Origin: Sphyrna mokarran
Lineage: Eukaryota
Direction: 5' to 3'
Assembly: GCA_024679065.1 (NCBI GenBank)
Contig: JAGIQG010000002.1
Span: 82,894,001 to 82,958,000 of the forward strand
Length of the DNA stretch: 64,000 nucleotides
Below, piece by piece: positions 38,805-51,573 of the stretch (position 1 is the stretch's first letter; each line of letters starts with the position of its first letter). The translations under genes and the position numbers were made by a program. The notes below the pieces were generated by a model. The model did not search any database. It had not been told where the DNA came from and saw only the letters and a program-made list of their open reading frames with translations.

Positions 38805-40080
38805 CTCAACGGGGTTTCGTGAAGGGTAGGTCATGCCTTACTAACCTCATTGAGTTTTTTGAGAAAGTGACCAAAGAGGTGGATGGGGGTAAGGTGGTTG
38901 ATGTAGTATATATGGACTTTAGTAAGGCGTTTGATAAGGTGGCCCATGGAAGACTTCTACAGAAAATGCAGATGTGTGGAATAGAGGGTGATTTAGCTAA
39001 TTGGATTAGGAATTGGCTGGCAGATAGAAGACAGAGGGTGGTGGTTGATGGGAGATATTCATCGTGGAGTTCGGTGACGAGTGGTGTGCCTCAGGGGTCT
39101 GTTTTGGGGCCCCTGCTGTTTGTAATTTTTATAAATGATCTGGATGAGGGTATTGAAGGATGGATTAGTAAATTTGCAGATGACACTAAAGTCGGTGGAG
39201 TGGTAGATAGTGAAGAGGGGTGTTATAGTTTGCAGAGGGACTTGGACAAGTTGCAGAGCTGGGCCGAGAGGTGGCAAATGGAGTTTAATGTGGAAAAGTG
39301 TGAGGTAATGCACTTTGGCAGGAACAATAAATGTGTAGAGTATAGGGCTAATGGTAGGGCTCTTAATAGTGTTGAGGAACAGAAGGATCTTGGTGTATGT
39401 GTCAATAGATCCCTGAAAGTAGGCAGTCAAGTGGATAAAGTTGTTAAGAAGGCATATGGAGTCTTAGCTTTTATTGGTAGGGGGATTGAATTTAGGAGCC
39501 GCAGCATCATGTTGCAACTGTACAAAACTCTAGTGCGGCCGCACTTGGAGTATTGTGTGCAGTTCTGGTCCCCACATTATAAGAAAGATGTGGAGGCATT
39601 GGAGAGGGTACAGAGGAGGTTTACCAGGATGTTGCCTGGTATGGAGGGCAGGTCCTATGAAGAGAGGTTGAAGGATTTGAGGTTGTTTCGTTAGAAAGGA
39701 GGCGGCTAAGAGGGGATCTTATTGAAGCATATAAGATGATTAGAGGTTTAGATAGGGTGGACAGTGATAGCCTTTTTCCTAGGATGGAGAAAGCTAGCAC
39801 GAGGGGACACAGCTTTAAATTAAGGGGTATGAGTTATAGGACGGATATCAGAGGTAGGTTCTTTACTCAAAGAGTGATTAGGGAGTGGAATGCCCTGCCT
39901 GCAGCTGTTGTAGATGCGCCAAGTTTGGTGGCGTTTAAGAGGTTAATTGATAAGTATATGGAAGAGAAGGGAATGGTTTAGTTTGGAGGGGCATTGCTTT
40001 TTATTTTGGTCGGCACAACATCGAAGGCCGAAGGGCCTGTTCTGTGCTGTAATGTTCTATGTTCTATGTTCTATGTTCTA
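38805..40080 (+). mobile_element. Young 5'-truncated CR1 (HER1-like) LINE
   Basis: Open RT frame; tail gggcctgttctgtgctgtaat followed by (GTTCTAT)n. Confidence 0.97.
38819..39981 (+). pseudogene. CR1 ORF2 reverse transcriptase C-terminal half with a single frameshift
   Basis: GRSCLTNLIEFF, YMDFSKAFDKV, GVPQGSVLGPLLF, KFADDTK, RPHLEYCVQFW. A 1-nt loss at ttt 39686-39688 joins LRLF to (S)LERRRLRGDLIEAYKMIRGLD (ORF 39736-39981). Confidence 0.95.
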
Positions 40081-40399
40081 ACATTTGGCTCTCCTCCAAC
40101 ACTCCTCTGACTGCCAGAAGCCTGCTCCATCTCAGTCTCTGACAGCTGCACGTGTGACTGTGATGTGCTTTCAGTTGTTTGTATTCCCCTTCACAGCCGA
40201 GGGGTTACCTACTGATGTATCTGTTATCTATGCTGTGCTGGGTGCAGAGTGAGGATGTGATGTTGTTCCCCCTGAAGTTTCCTCTTCCTCCTCAAAGGCA
40301 AATGTGGGACCCTCAGGGCTTGTTCTGATGGCAGCCAATGTTGTCCTTGTGCAGAAGAGTAAAATAGGACGCAGAAACAAACTTCCCCACTGGTAACAC

Positions 40400-40940
40400 A
40401 GTAAGCATTGTGTAACAGTTTTGGTCCCCTTGATTTTAAAAAGAATATTGTAACATTTGAAGCAGTCCAAAGGTGATTCACCAGCCTAATCCCTGGGATG
40501 AGAAGATTGTCTGTCAAGAGAGACTAAATATTCTGGGTCTGTGTTCCTTGCAGATTAGAAGAGTGAGGAGTGATGTTATTTTGAAGGGGTGACCTTATTA
40601 GTGAAAACACCCTTGACAGAGTAAATGGTGTGATGATTTCATTACTATGAAAGTGTCTAGTAAGGGGACATAGCCACAAGGATAAACGGTCAATTATTTT
40701 AAAACTGAGACGCATAGAAATTTCTTCTCACAGAGGGTGGTGAATCTCTGGAATTCTCCCGCCTTTAAGGGAGGCTGCATCCTTTGAAATAGAGGTGGAT
40801 AAATATTTGATAAGTTGAGGAATAGAGGGCTATGAGGAAATGGCACAGAAAAGAAGGTGAGGTTGGTCATGATCATCGTGAATGGTGGGCAGGCTTGAAG
40901 ACTCTGGTGGCCTACTCCTGCTTTTATTTCTTGTGTTCTT
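40400..40940 (+). mobile_element. Older CR1 3' fragment
   Basis: CVTVLVP/QFWSP-like cagttttggtcccc; RNFFSQRVVNLWNS; tail ggcctactcctgc..ttatttcttgtgttctt. Confidence 0.85.
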
Positions 40941-41199
40941 ACTCATTGTTTGCATCTCCCAACTACCAGAATTGCAATCACTTTTTACTTCCCGAGAGTG
41001 AAGGCTTTGAGAGCCTTCAAAATCACAAACCCTCAATACCTCATTCCAGATGCACTCTCCCCTTAGCACTCTTATCAGCTCTCTCTTTCCATTGTAAATA
41101 ATGGAGCAATCTCACCACCCTGGAATCTTTCTCCTATCTTGTGCCTACTAATAGAATAGCTCCACTCATTCACATCTTGCTCCAACACCCCTCCTTGAG

Positions 41200-41830
41200 G
41201 GGTGTGAGGATGGCTAGGTTTGCCATACCATTTCCTGCGCCTGGCATTGTGCACCTTCATCTGCTGCAGTGAAGTGAGACACTGATGATTTTGCATCTCC
41301 TGTGCATTAATTCCTTCACACACATGGCCTATGAGAATACCACAGGCTTCAGAATTTGCACATATGTTAATACCCAATTTACCAGTACACCATTCATACT
41401 ATGTCTCACAACCACTGCATACTCCCCACCCTCCCCACACCCAGCCTCCTTTCATGGACCTTGGGAAAAAGTATAGTTTAACAATAATGTAACATTTTGC
41501 CTCACACTTCTTGGGAAAATAGAAGGCAATATGCAAAAACAGCCTTTGCAAAACCTTCTGAGTATGTGCATCTCCATAGTGGAGTCTCACCTTGTGGATC
41601 ATCAGAGGTCATTGAGACATTTTCATCACTGCCCCCCAGTTAATGGAGCAATGCTAAGGCTACTGAATTCTGCTGTGATCATCACCCAGTGTGCAGGCTA
41701 TGGTCAAGGTGCAAGAGTTTTGTTTTCCATCAGCTTGCGTGAGGACTTCCCGCCTGCCACTTACAGCCTGGAGGGAGTTGCTGTTGAACATTTGGGCTAT
41801 CCTGGACCTTCTTCGCTCCACATCACTTGG
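41200..41830 (-). pseudogene. Myb/SANT-like Harbinger partner gene remnant
   Basis: RIAQMFNSNSLQAVSGRREVLTQADG; KCLNDL followed by donor aag|gtgag near 41590; downstream cag-ATGAAGGTGCACAATGCCAGG (EKVAHNAR-like). Confidence 0.75.
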
Positions 41831-42256
41831 CTCCCTTTTTTGATCACCTATGGAGAGACAAGGAGATAACTGATTGATGCTCCATTCTCCCCTTCGTTCA
41901 CCATTCAACTAAAACATTCCATGTCTTTGCAGTTGTCTCCCCTTCAGTGAAAGCATTCAGGAAAAGCAGAAAAATCTCACCTATCTCTGGCCATGTTTCT
42001 GAATTATTAGACTCAGCATAAGCATTTTCTTGCTTCAGGTGAATGAGTCTCCTTGGTACAGTCCCGTGTCAGATATTCCTTTAAATATATGGCCGTGACC
42101 TCCTTCTGGGTCATAGTCTGCCAGCTCAGTAGCCTGACTTCCCACTAACCTAGGCCCATTGGATGAGCAGCCCATCCTACAGGGACACTGTTGACCTGGA
42201 ACTCACCTGGTTACTGCTAATTGAACATTAGGTCAGAATGTCACCTTCATTCACAG

Positions 42257-42366
42257 TGGTGGGATTTTTCCATCCCACTGCAATGAACAAAGATTTAGCT
42301 GGGTGTCAAATTCACTGTCCTCGCTGCAGCAGGAACACGGGATGAATGGCTGGTAAGATCTCACCC
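42257..42366. mobile_element. Harbinger-type MITE
   Basis: ggtgggattttt / aagatctcaccc; interior resembles 27160 reversed. Confidence 0.55.
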
Positions 42367-44279
42367 TTAGCATTTCATACAATTCTTTGGGAGGACAGGG
42401 GTGAGAATCAGTGATTGCCAAATTTCCAAATTTGACTCATGTCCACTGGCGCAGACCACAAAGTTCTGCCCAGATAAGGGACATAGCCACAAAAAATGTG
42501 AATTCAATAAAAAACTCTCTGTAAGTTAGTGCAGAGAAGAGTCATGGGTAGATTGTACTTACTGCAGAATAAAATCCAAGCAGCTGTATCCTAGACAAGT
42601 TTGACTTTAGGGCAGGTGCACCAAATGGCGAAATTTCCAAGCTTGCCATATTCACCTCTCATGATTGGCAGGATCTTCTTTCCAGTGGGGCGGGAGGCAG
42701 TCTGGCCTGCTGCCCACGAATACAGATTGGAGAGGCCACTGGAGCTGCTGATGCTCAGTTGGGCTATTTAAAAGGCCCGTCTTTATTCTGTGGAAGTTCA
42801 CTCCAGTTGTTTTTTTCAAATATTAGGCCCCTAATCCTCACGCCTTATACCCCCTCACCTCCCCAATCTGCTCCCCATGCCCATAATTTCAACTTATGCT
42901 TTGACCCAATAGTCCGCTGTACCATCCATTCAAATCCATGCTTCCTCCCACCCCATTGCCTCCTTGCCAACTTGGTGCCAACTCACCACGTTTTGGGCTT
43001 CCCAACCTCCATGCCAATTCACCTTGCATCCACCATGGGCAGACCTCAATAGTTATGCTGTGCTGAGATGAAATAAAATAAAATTCTAAATATCGACTAC
43101 AGACTTCACTACATAGGTAAAGCTCACATTCATGAAAGCCCATTCATACATTTAAATTCCTTCAAGTCTTTAATCTCTTTTAAAACAAATGTTTGTATTC
43201 ATTGCTCCATATAAAAGAAGGCTAATCCTCTAATACATTTTCTCGACTGTCAATAGAACTATGAACTTACAGCCATGCACTGTGATGATAGATTGTGGAA
43301 AGAATCAAGCATTAACAATGCCTTAGTGATAAAATTAGGATCACATCAGCAAAACATCCGTTGAAACTACTAAAACAGATATTTTTCAACTCTCAGGGAC
43401 ACAGGTTGACAGTTTTATTACATTTTATAGGGCTTGTCATTTGAACAACTTGATAGCTTAAAGTTCTACAGATTTTATCTGTCTTTTACAGCACATATGA
43501 TTTATCTTTAAAATTATAACTTACATGCTGTGGGATTAAGAGATTGCTCCAACAAAAAAAAGTGCCTGTTTGAACTCGGCATTAATTTCAAATGACCTGA
43601 CTGCCTTTGGGTTCCCCACCTGTGGGATTCATATCCTGTCCTCAATTCATGTCCCCAAGTAAAAGTGATTTCTGCTGTCTGTGGTGATATGAATTCCACA
43701 CCCAAGGTCCACTGACCATTTGGATAAGGCACAGGATCTCCAGAACTCCCAAAGAATCTGGGCAAAAGTCCATAAAAGGAGGCTACAATAGGCAAAGATA
43801 GCTGTGGAAAGGGCAAATGTTGCAGAGATGAAACTGTCTCAGTATTGGAAAGAATTGAGACCTGAAATTCAGTTCTGAGTTTGACTGAATGCTGAGATTT
43901 TGTACAAGTGTCTTAGTGAGTGGCTAAGGAGGACCAGAAGTCAATGGCAAGGAAGTAGATGTTATGGCAGCAGCTGAAAATTATGCCTTTTGTTTGCAAA
44001 AAATATTGAATCTTGATTTTTGGTAGAACAGAGAGAAGACCTGCCACATTAAGTATAATCAGGTACTTAACTGGGCAGCAGCAGGTTTTCCCCAGAATCC
44101 CCAACCCCAGGATGAAAGTCCCACCCACCAAAAACCAACCAAATGACAACAGCTCTTCGTTACTCAGCAGCACTGCCAAGTAGGGTGGCTACTGTCAGCA
44201 ATGCACCCATTTGATGCCCAGGGTTGATGAAGACCCAAGCCACAAATGATGGTGAGAGGGTTCGTTCTAAAGTGTTGAA

Positions 44280-44675
44280 CAGCCAATGAAATACTTTTGA
44301 AATGTAGTGATTTTTTTGTAATGTGGGAGATGCAGCAGCAAATTTGATATATGCTATTCTTTTAAAGACCAGTTTAATCTATGATAATCTATCTTAATGA
44401 TTTTGGTTGAGAAATAAACATAAGTCAGAACACTATGGGAACCCCCTAACCCTACCTCACCCCCGTTGTTCTGCAATCAATGGCAACACATCTTTTACAC
44501 ATCCTGAAAGTGTAGATGGAATCTCAGTTTTGCATCTCACTCAAAATAAGCACCTCCAACAGTGCAGTATCCACCTGCAATGTCAGCTGAGATTCTGAGC
44601 ACCAGGTTTCCAAAACAGAGTTTGAACCCACTACCTTCTGACTCAGTAGGTGTGCTGCCAACTGAACCACAGTTA
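44280..44675 (-). mobile_element. DeuSINE (SacSINE1-like), near full length
   Basis: agccaatgaaatacttttgaa; ggttgagaaataaaca; atcttttac; gcacctccaacagtgcag; ttgaaccca..accttctgactcag..tgccaactgaaccac. Confidence 0.85.
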
Positions 44676-44832
44676 GTACAATAAAATCTATTCCCTGTAA
44701 CTAATGAAGCAGGTACTTTGGTCCGCCTTGTTGTCCAACACGGTGTATACACACGGGTCATGAAAGGGCTGCTCTTGGATTTTTCGGGAGTAGCCAAGAG
44801 CTTCACGTCATTAATGTACGCTTGAAATGGAC

Positions 44833-45015
44833 CATGACAGCTCAGTGATTATCACTGTGCTGTGCAGATACATGGATTTGGGCCTGTACCTGTGGGAGTT
44901 TGCACATTCTCCCTGTGCTTGCCTGGGTTTTCTCCGGGTGCTCCGGTTTCCTCTCATACCTCAAATATGTGCTCTTAGGCTGATTGGCAAAACAAATTCT
45001 CTCTAAATTGTCTCA
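44833..45015 (+). mobile_element. V-SINE head and core
   Basis: ggagtttgcacattctccctgtgcttgcctgggttttctccgggtgctccggtttcc. Confidence 0.85.
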
Positions 45016-45084
45016 TTAATTTGGTTCCAAAGCAGATTTCTATAAACATAGACAGAGATCATGGCTGGACGTGGGAACGTCAAA

Positions 45085-45156
45085 GTGGCGGCGCAAGCTT
45101 GTTGGGCCAAAGGGCCTGTTTCCCGTGCTGTGTTGTTCTTTGTTTTTTGTTCTTTG
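45085..45156 (+). mobile_element. Very short CR1 3' tail
   Basis: ggcgcaagcttgttgggccaaagggcctgtttcccgtgctgt followed by GTTCTTT-like repeats. Confidence 0.75.
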
Positions 45157-45949
45157 AAGCAAGCATATTGTTGCTATACAGAATGAATTGTAGATAATTA
45201 TTCCAAGCATGACTTGGGCATATTTTACAAAGCCAAATGCTGTTTAGCAGTATACACCATCCTTGAAACCAATTATTTTCACTACAGAAGTTCATTACAA
45301 AGTTTCCCCATTTTAAAACAAAAAGAAATTAGACTGTTAATTTTCTGAGTTGGTACATATGGTGATTTATTCTGCATATCTTGGATATATATTGAGAATT
45401 TTGGTCCATTGATTTTATTTCAATGATTTCAATTACAGAATTTCACAAGCAATAGAAGTATAATTTTGTGAGGCATCCTTTCACCAGGAGCAATGAAATG
45501 CCAAAACATGAGCACTCAGTTAATGTATCCCTAGATGAGAGAAGAAATGAAGTAAGAGTTTATAGAACACATCCATCTACCTTAACTCTCCCATTATAAC
45601 ATCTACTAGATTGTAAATAGACCTACCACTGTTGTCTCCAGTTCCCACTTGACAGATTGTTTCTGATTTAGTTGTGTCGGTGTCACAGACTAATCTCCAT
45701 ATTCCATCAACGTTTATATGGGTTGCATCAGCTAGGCCCGACATGACCTATTGAAATATAGTGAAAACTTACAAATGGAAACATTCTAAAGATGAGCTTT
45801 GAAGATTTGAAGTAATGGGGCTGTGATTATTTCCTTTGGCGACTTGTTCTATTATGGGATTGTCCTTGGGAAGAAAGATTGTTGATACACTGTCTTAAAA
45901 ACAAATAGTCTTTGTAGTTTATGTTGATGATTACCTTGTGCTTTTTCAT

Positions 45950-47020
45950 TGCCACAGGACACCAGCTACTTGTTTCTGTTAATTCATATTAATTCATTCT
46001 ATATTTTATAGAAACATGACCAATCTGTTTTTCTCCCTCCTTGCTGTAACAATTCTCATAAATTTTTGATCAAGGGTGTGAAACTGGAGTATTTCTCATA
46101 CAGAATCACATTTTTGAATTGCTTTGATCTTATTTATTCTTTGCACCACATAAGGATCTCACACTCAATTTGCAAAGTCCAGGATCGGACAAACAAATGT
46201 TTGGTAAGTTATAGCTCTGACATTTTTGTTGCAATATCAAAGATTCCTCCACAGCAATCAAGAACCCTGTTTATTTTGGATGTTATCTCCTGAATGTGGA
46301 ATCGCATTGAAGATTGTTTTTAAGATGAACCGCCTGGTTGTCTAGCTATTTGTTGGAGAATTTGATTACAGAACTTTAAGCAATCTATTGGTGGATCCTT
46401 GTTGCATAAAGTATTTGATAAAGTATTTTCTCATATTGCATACTGTCTCCCATTGATCCTGGCTTTTTTGAAATTTCAGAAGATCGTCTTGCAGGGAATT
46501 AATACCATCTTTAATTTTCCCCTGATGGGTAAACCACACAGTTATTTTCTAAAAGTCACACTTTTTTAACTTCTTATGGAGATTGGTTATCTATGTTAAG
46601 AAAAGGAAAGGTGCCAACACACTTCCCTGAGACACTGTAGACAGAATAACCAAATCCTCTAGTCCAGTTGGCAGTCCACACAAGCCCATGAGTTTTGTGC
46701 CAGCATGGGGTGACATCAATGGGAATTCCCATTGACAGCGATGGGCCATCCATTTCCTGTTACCGGCAAATAATTCACCACCTCCCACCAGTGTGAAACA
46801 AACAACTGGGAGGTCAGAGAATCTCATCCACCATTTCTATGGGAGGATGATTCCTCAACACAAACCATCCTTTATCTTCAGTTGATAATGAAGTACTGGA
46901 TCCAATTTAACAATGTCTCCCTATTTCCATAAAATTGAAGTCTGGAAAATAACTTTTCGTGAGGAATTCTGTCAAAAAGCTTTTGAGAAATCTAATATTG
47001 CTATGTCAGTGAGTTCATCT
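45950..47020 (-). mobile_element. Ancient CR1/L2-group LINE RT remnant, interrupted by a MITE (~46640-46830)
   Basis: Minus strand AILDFSKAF-DRIPH near 46960-47001, LLNWIQYF, and VSQGSVLAPFLF near 46600-46636. Confidence 0.7.
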
Positions 47021-48559
47021 CTTTTGTGATTTGACGACATCAATGGTGTTTTAAGGGCATTTCTCTGATTCCACTCTGCTTGCTGTATGTTTAAGTAATA
47101 ATTGAGGGTTTATCTTATCTTTGTCATTTCATGTTTTATATACTTTATAGTATATTAACTTCCTTTTACTAGTCTGAAACACTTTAAGCTTTATGACCAT
47201 CATTTAAAGCTCACTCACTTTACATTTGAGATCAAGCTAGTTGTAGTTTGCTGTAACCGTTCTCAGGCATGAATACTGAACACTGTACTCTAAGGGCACA
47301 CACTATTTATAGGTCTCTGAATTTCTTGAGCACAATTATTAACTCACCTAGTTAACAGCTGTGTTAAAATACCAGAAATGAAAATGTAATGCTTAATAAT
47401 TAAAACTTTTAACCTGTGTGAAGAAAATAATGAGCAGAGGAAATTAAACACTTGCGTGTGGCCTGACTCCTGAATTGTAAAGCCAGAATATAACTTACTC
47501 AGAGCCAAGAGCACATTTTCCAAACATGATCTTAATACACAGCCAAATTTGGTGACAGCACGTATCAGCAAATCATATATGAATTTACTACAATTTTTAA
47601 TTCACAGTGAACAGGGAGCAGAATGATTTATTGTCGCATAGAGATTGATTTTAACCTTCCTCCCCTTCACCCACCCACTTTCCACCCATTGCGGTACAGA
47701 ATTCTGACGTGAAGAGACTATTAAAATAACACCTCCATTCTAATCTAGTGAAGGGTGATATTAAGTTTGAACACCAGCCTGAAATCAACAAGTTCCTTCT
47801 TTAATTGCATGGATTAGGCAACAATTACCCCATTGAGACCTAACTGCTTTCCTTCTGTCCCACTTTAGGTCTAAGCAAGAGAACAGTCGTGTCTTCCCCT
47901 CTGGCCAAAGACCAGGGACCTGGACATCGAATCAGAAGATGCTTGTGCCTACATTTTAAGTTTTCTACAGGTTCCTTATGAGCCATTACGTGCACGAGAG
48001 CAGGAAATCTAGGGTGTCCTGATCCCTAACTGTTTCCTCTCTCTGACCACAATTCTAACTCTGAACCTTCTGGTGCAGTTACCTTGTTCAATAGATTGTT
48101 TCCTCAGATCTCTGGCCTCACTATTTTAACTGCCGGGCTCCCACATGCCGACAACTTTCAGGCAGTTTTGGTTTGGAAGTTGGCCAACTGCATGTTAAAG
48201 AGGTCTAGCCACTGAAATAGACTGAAGCTCCCTGCTACTGTTCCCAGACTAGGCTGGCCAATCACTAGGCCGGATTGCTGCTCAAGAGCAAAGGTTAACC
48301 ATAAGCTGAGGCTTTGTGTTTCAGGAGCATAATCAGAAAATCAACCATCTGTATCCTACTACCTTGGTGGCATGCTGATATTCTAATAACCTGTTGTATT
48401 GTTTTGCCTCTTGAACTGTATAATTAACATGGTGTATCTACTAACAATAGAATAAAGCAACAAGGATAGAAGATACAAAAATCAAGCTCCCTTCCTGATT
48501 CCCAAGTCCTTCCCAATATGCCTCCCCCTCCACTGCACTCCCTCATTTCCCACCTCCTT

Positions 48560-49320
48560 GCATCAACTCATATACTGCTGAAAAATTCATTCATAACTTT
48601 GTTACCCCCAGATTTGACTATTCATGGTGGCACAGTGGTTAGTACTGCTGCCTCACAGCTCCAGGGACCTGGGTTCGATTCCCGGCTTGCGTCACTGTCC
48701 CTGTGGAGTGTGCACGTTCTCCCTATGTCTGTATGGGTTTCCTTTGGATGCTCTGGTTTCCTCCCACAAACAGAAAGACGTGCTGGTTAGGTGCATTGGC
48801 CATACTAAATTATCCCTCAGCATACCCAAACAGGCACCTGAGTGTTGCGACTAGGAAATATTCACAATAACTTTGTTGGAGTGTTAATGTAAACCTTATG
48901 TGATACTAATAAATAAACTTCAAACTTAAAGACTTATTCTAACTCATTTAGTTAGATCTGCCCCTAATGCTCTACCCTCTAAATTTGACATTATCCAAAA
49001 CTCTGCTATTTGTGTCCTAACTCGCGTCAAGTCCCATGCACTTATCATTCCTACTGCTCAATGACTTACGTAGGCTCCTGGTTAAGCAACATCTCAGTTT
49101 CAGAAATCTCATTGCTTTCTTTCACATAATCCCATGGTCTTGCCTGTCCCTAACGCAGCCTCACAATCCTCGGAGATAGCTGTCTGGCTCTAATCCTGGC
49201 CTCTTGCACATCACTGAGTTTAATTGCACTACCATTGTTAGTTATGTCTTCAGTTGCCTCAGCTCTAAGCTTTGAATTCCATTCTTAAATCTCACTGCTT
49301 TTCCAACTTGCTTTCCAAAC
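48560..49320 (+). mobile_element. L2 LINE 3' region interrupted by a V-SINE
   Basis: FVTPRFDY(S) resumes after the SINE; IIQNSA..VLTRVKS..LND(L)..LLV; typical L2 C-terminus and tail. Confidence 0.75.
48623..48930 (+). mobile_element. V-SINE, Rex1-like tail
   Basis: catggtggcacagtggttagtactgctg, gggttcgattccc (B box), tail tgtgatactaataaataaactt; flanks gactattc / gacttattc. Confidence 0.92.
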
Positions 49321-50102
49321 TATTATTGATCATATTGCTAATCTTCCCATGCAAAACATCTGAATGACAATATGGCAGCACAACATTTATGTATTCTCCA
49401 AAATGAGTGTCAGCTCAACATGATACAAGTTGATGCACATAAGTGTCGACATAGCAAATGATAAATATTATTGAAGGTTATCTCCTCTCACAGAAAGGCA
49501 GAGTAAAAAGTGGAGGGGAATTCTCTTGAGAGTCCTCTGTCACCTTCTAGATTTTAGATCAAAGGTGGAACTGATTGAAGCTTAAGAGTAGGTCACTTCC
49601 CCGCTTTCCTATCAGGAAGTAATGTGCCAAACTAGAGACTGAACAGAAAATAAAGCATACTAAAAGTAAAGGGAAATGAAGGCTGGAGAAATGTTCCCAT
49701 GCCCTCATTTTTAAATACTTTCTCCGATTATCCTATTGTAATATTTGCAAATGAGTATCCCTTCTTGCACCTAACCCTTCTCTGTCTGAATTTGACCAGG
49801 AGTAAAAGGAACTACTGGTTCAATAGAGTCCAGACTGAATGCTGAAACTGCATTCTGACTGAAAATGCAGTCACAGTTAAGAGCAGAAACTGAAATGATG
49901 ACTTCAATCAAGTTGGAATTCTTCCAATGAAAACAAATCCTGAGTGTAGTCTGAAAAAAATTATGTGCATATTATATGGAGTGTCTCATACTTATAAAAA
50001 GAAACCTGCCTGAAGATGTACAGATAAATTTAACCATTTACTCTCCTCAGGACCATTTTTTTAAAATCTAAACTTGAATTTACTTCTTTTTAGTGAGATA
50101 CT

Positions 50103-50290
50103 GGATAGGATTTACCAAGCAACTGTGGAAGGCTGCCCATCATTAGCCAGCAGTAAAACTTTTTGGTTCCACCATTGTCAATAGGCTTTCTCAGTGAATG
50201 TGCCTTTCGCTGCCTGCAAATCCATGATGGGGTGTACCATTGGCAGAACTATAAGATCTCAGCAGCCTGAATGGCTGGAAAGTTGTGGCT
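50103..50290. mobile_element. Harbinger-type MITE (family of 46640-46830)
   Basis: ggataggattt ... gaaagttgtggc; internal ccattgtcaatagg..ttctca matches aatgggaattcccattgacagcg reversed. Confidence 0.5.
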
Positions 50291-51255
50291 GATATATTTG
50301 TTTCGACACTTTTAACTATTCTGTCTTAATTCATTCAGCCACATTCTATTACATATATTCTTTTTGTTATAAGAACTCAATGTTATAACTGAAGTAAATT
50401 TTCATCTCTAATGCTTGCAGAGCAGAGCTTTTCACTCCAGTATGCATATTGGGAATTTTGAACAACAATCTATATTGAAAGTGGAAGGGTTAAAAGGGCA
50501 ACTAATGAATCTAGACAGGGTGTGCATGGTAACCAGAGAGCAAGGACATCAATTTGCATAATATATAGCCTTAACTGTTGGAATGGGGGTGGTTACTGAA
50601 TAATGTCTCTTAAAGAAATCTTCATAGTCTTCAGTATGTTAACAGCAAATTTTTATTAACTACTTTATTAACTATTATTTATTTACAATAGACAGTAAAA
50701 TGTACAACCAAGAAGCTATCTCCAGGTCTATGTCTTCATTCACCTGCAGTCAGCAGTTAAATTGAGGTTGTTATTCATTTTACTGACAGCTAGCCACAGA
50801 ATTTTCACAGGATTTTAGCAGCGACTTGATGTCATTGAGCAGCTGAATCAGCATTGCACCCTCTACAGGATATCTGCACATTCACCGGACAAGTAACAGC
50901 AAGGTCATTTTAATCAGTAGAATCCTCAATGAGATAAAAAGGGATTTATAAAAATGTTAGGGCTCATTGTTGAGCAAAAGGGTGTGACCTGCCCAGGTCC
51001 ATTCCTATTTAAGGGAGACAATGCTCAGAGCTTGGTCAGCTTCCTAATTTCAATGACTGGTCATGCAGACCAGAATAAAGAAATGTTGTTGACTGGATTC
51101 ATACATAACATGGGGACTGATAACCCATGAGACAAGTATCAATGCCAGTTCTGTAAAAAAGTTTTAATTCTGTACTGTTTGCAAAGATTTGTAATGTTTT
51201 TTTTGAGGGTTTTATGAATGAAGTATATTTTTGAGAAAAAAAACTGCCCCTTTAT

Positions 51256-51573
51256 GGCACTTCTCAGCCTTTTGGCTAAAATCAACTGTGGTACCTACAT
51301 GCTGCATTTGGTTGAAGTCATTAGGTTACATTTCAACTTCATTTGAAGCAATTTTTTAAAACAGTATCTTGGCCTTTTGGCTAAGATGAAAATAAGATCA
51401 AGTCTTGGAGGCGGAGCTACACCTACTCCAATCAGCTTAGATCGTGTAGATCAAGCCCAAGAGAGGTGGTGAGAGCCCTGACTTGTCAGCTTGGATCAGA
51501 AATGTCCTAAGTTGTTGGGACTCTGAATTTGATTTAATTTGACTTGATTGGATTGGAATAAAGTTTAAAAAAT
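51256..51573 (+). mobile_element. U2 snRNA-derived, A-tailed SINE-like retroelement
   Basis: 51256-51296 matches U2 nt 1-41 at 33/41 by manual alignment; second U2 block tcttggccttttggctaagat at 51367-51387; aataaa and A tail; TSD aactgcc(c/a)cttt at 51242-51253 and 51574-51585. Confidence 0.8.

Noticed and set aside
39059-39430. Antisense ORFs over the CR1 RT
   Set aside because: Shadow frames of the CR1 coding sequence.
48623-48700. tRNA genes at SINE heads
   Set aside because: A and B boxes are present but continue into SINE bodies with no clean cloverleaf.
51100-51243. Tx1/L1 3' end upstream of the U2-derived element
   Set aside because: An A tail after tttatgaatgaagtatattttt is suggestive, but no coding motif supports a family call.
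51256-51296. Functional U2 snRNA gene
   Set aside because: Only the first ~41 nt match; there is no Sm site or 3' stem-loops, and it has an A tail and TSD.
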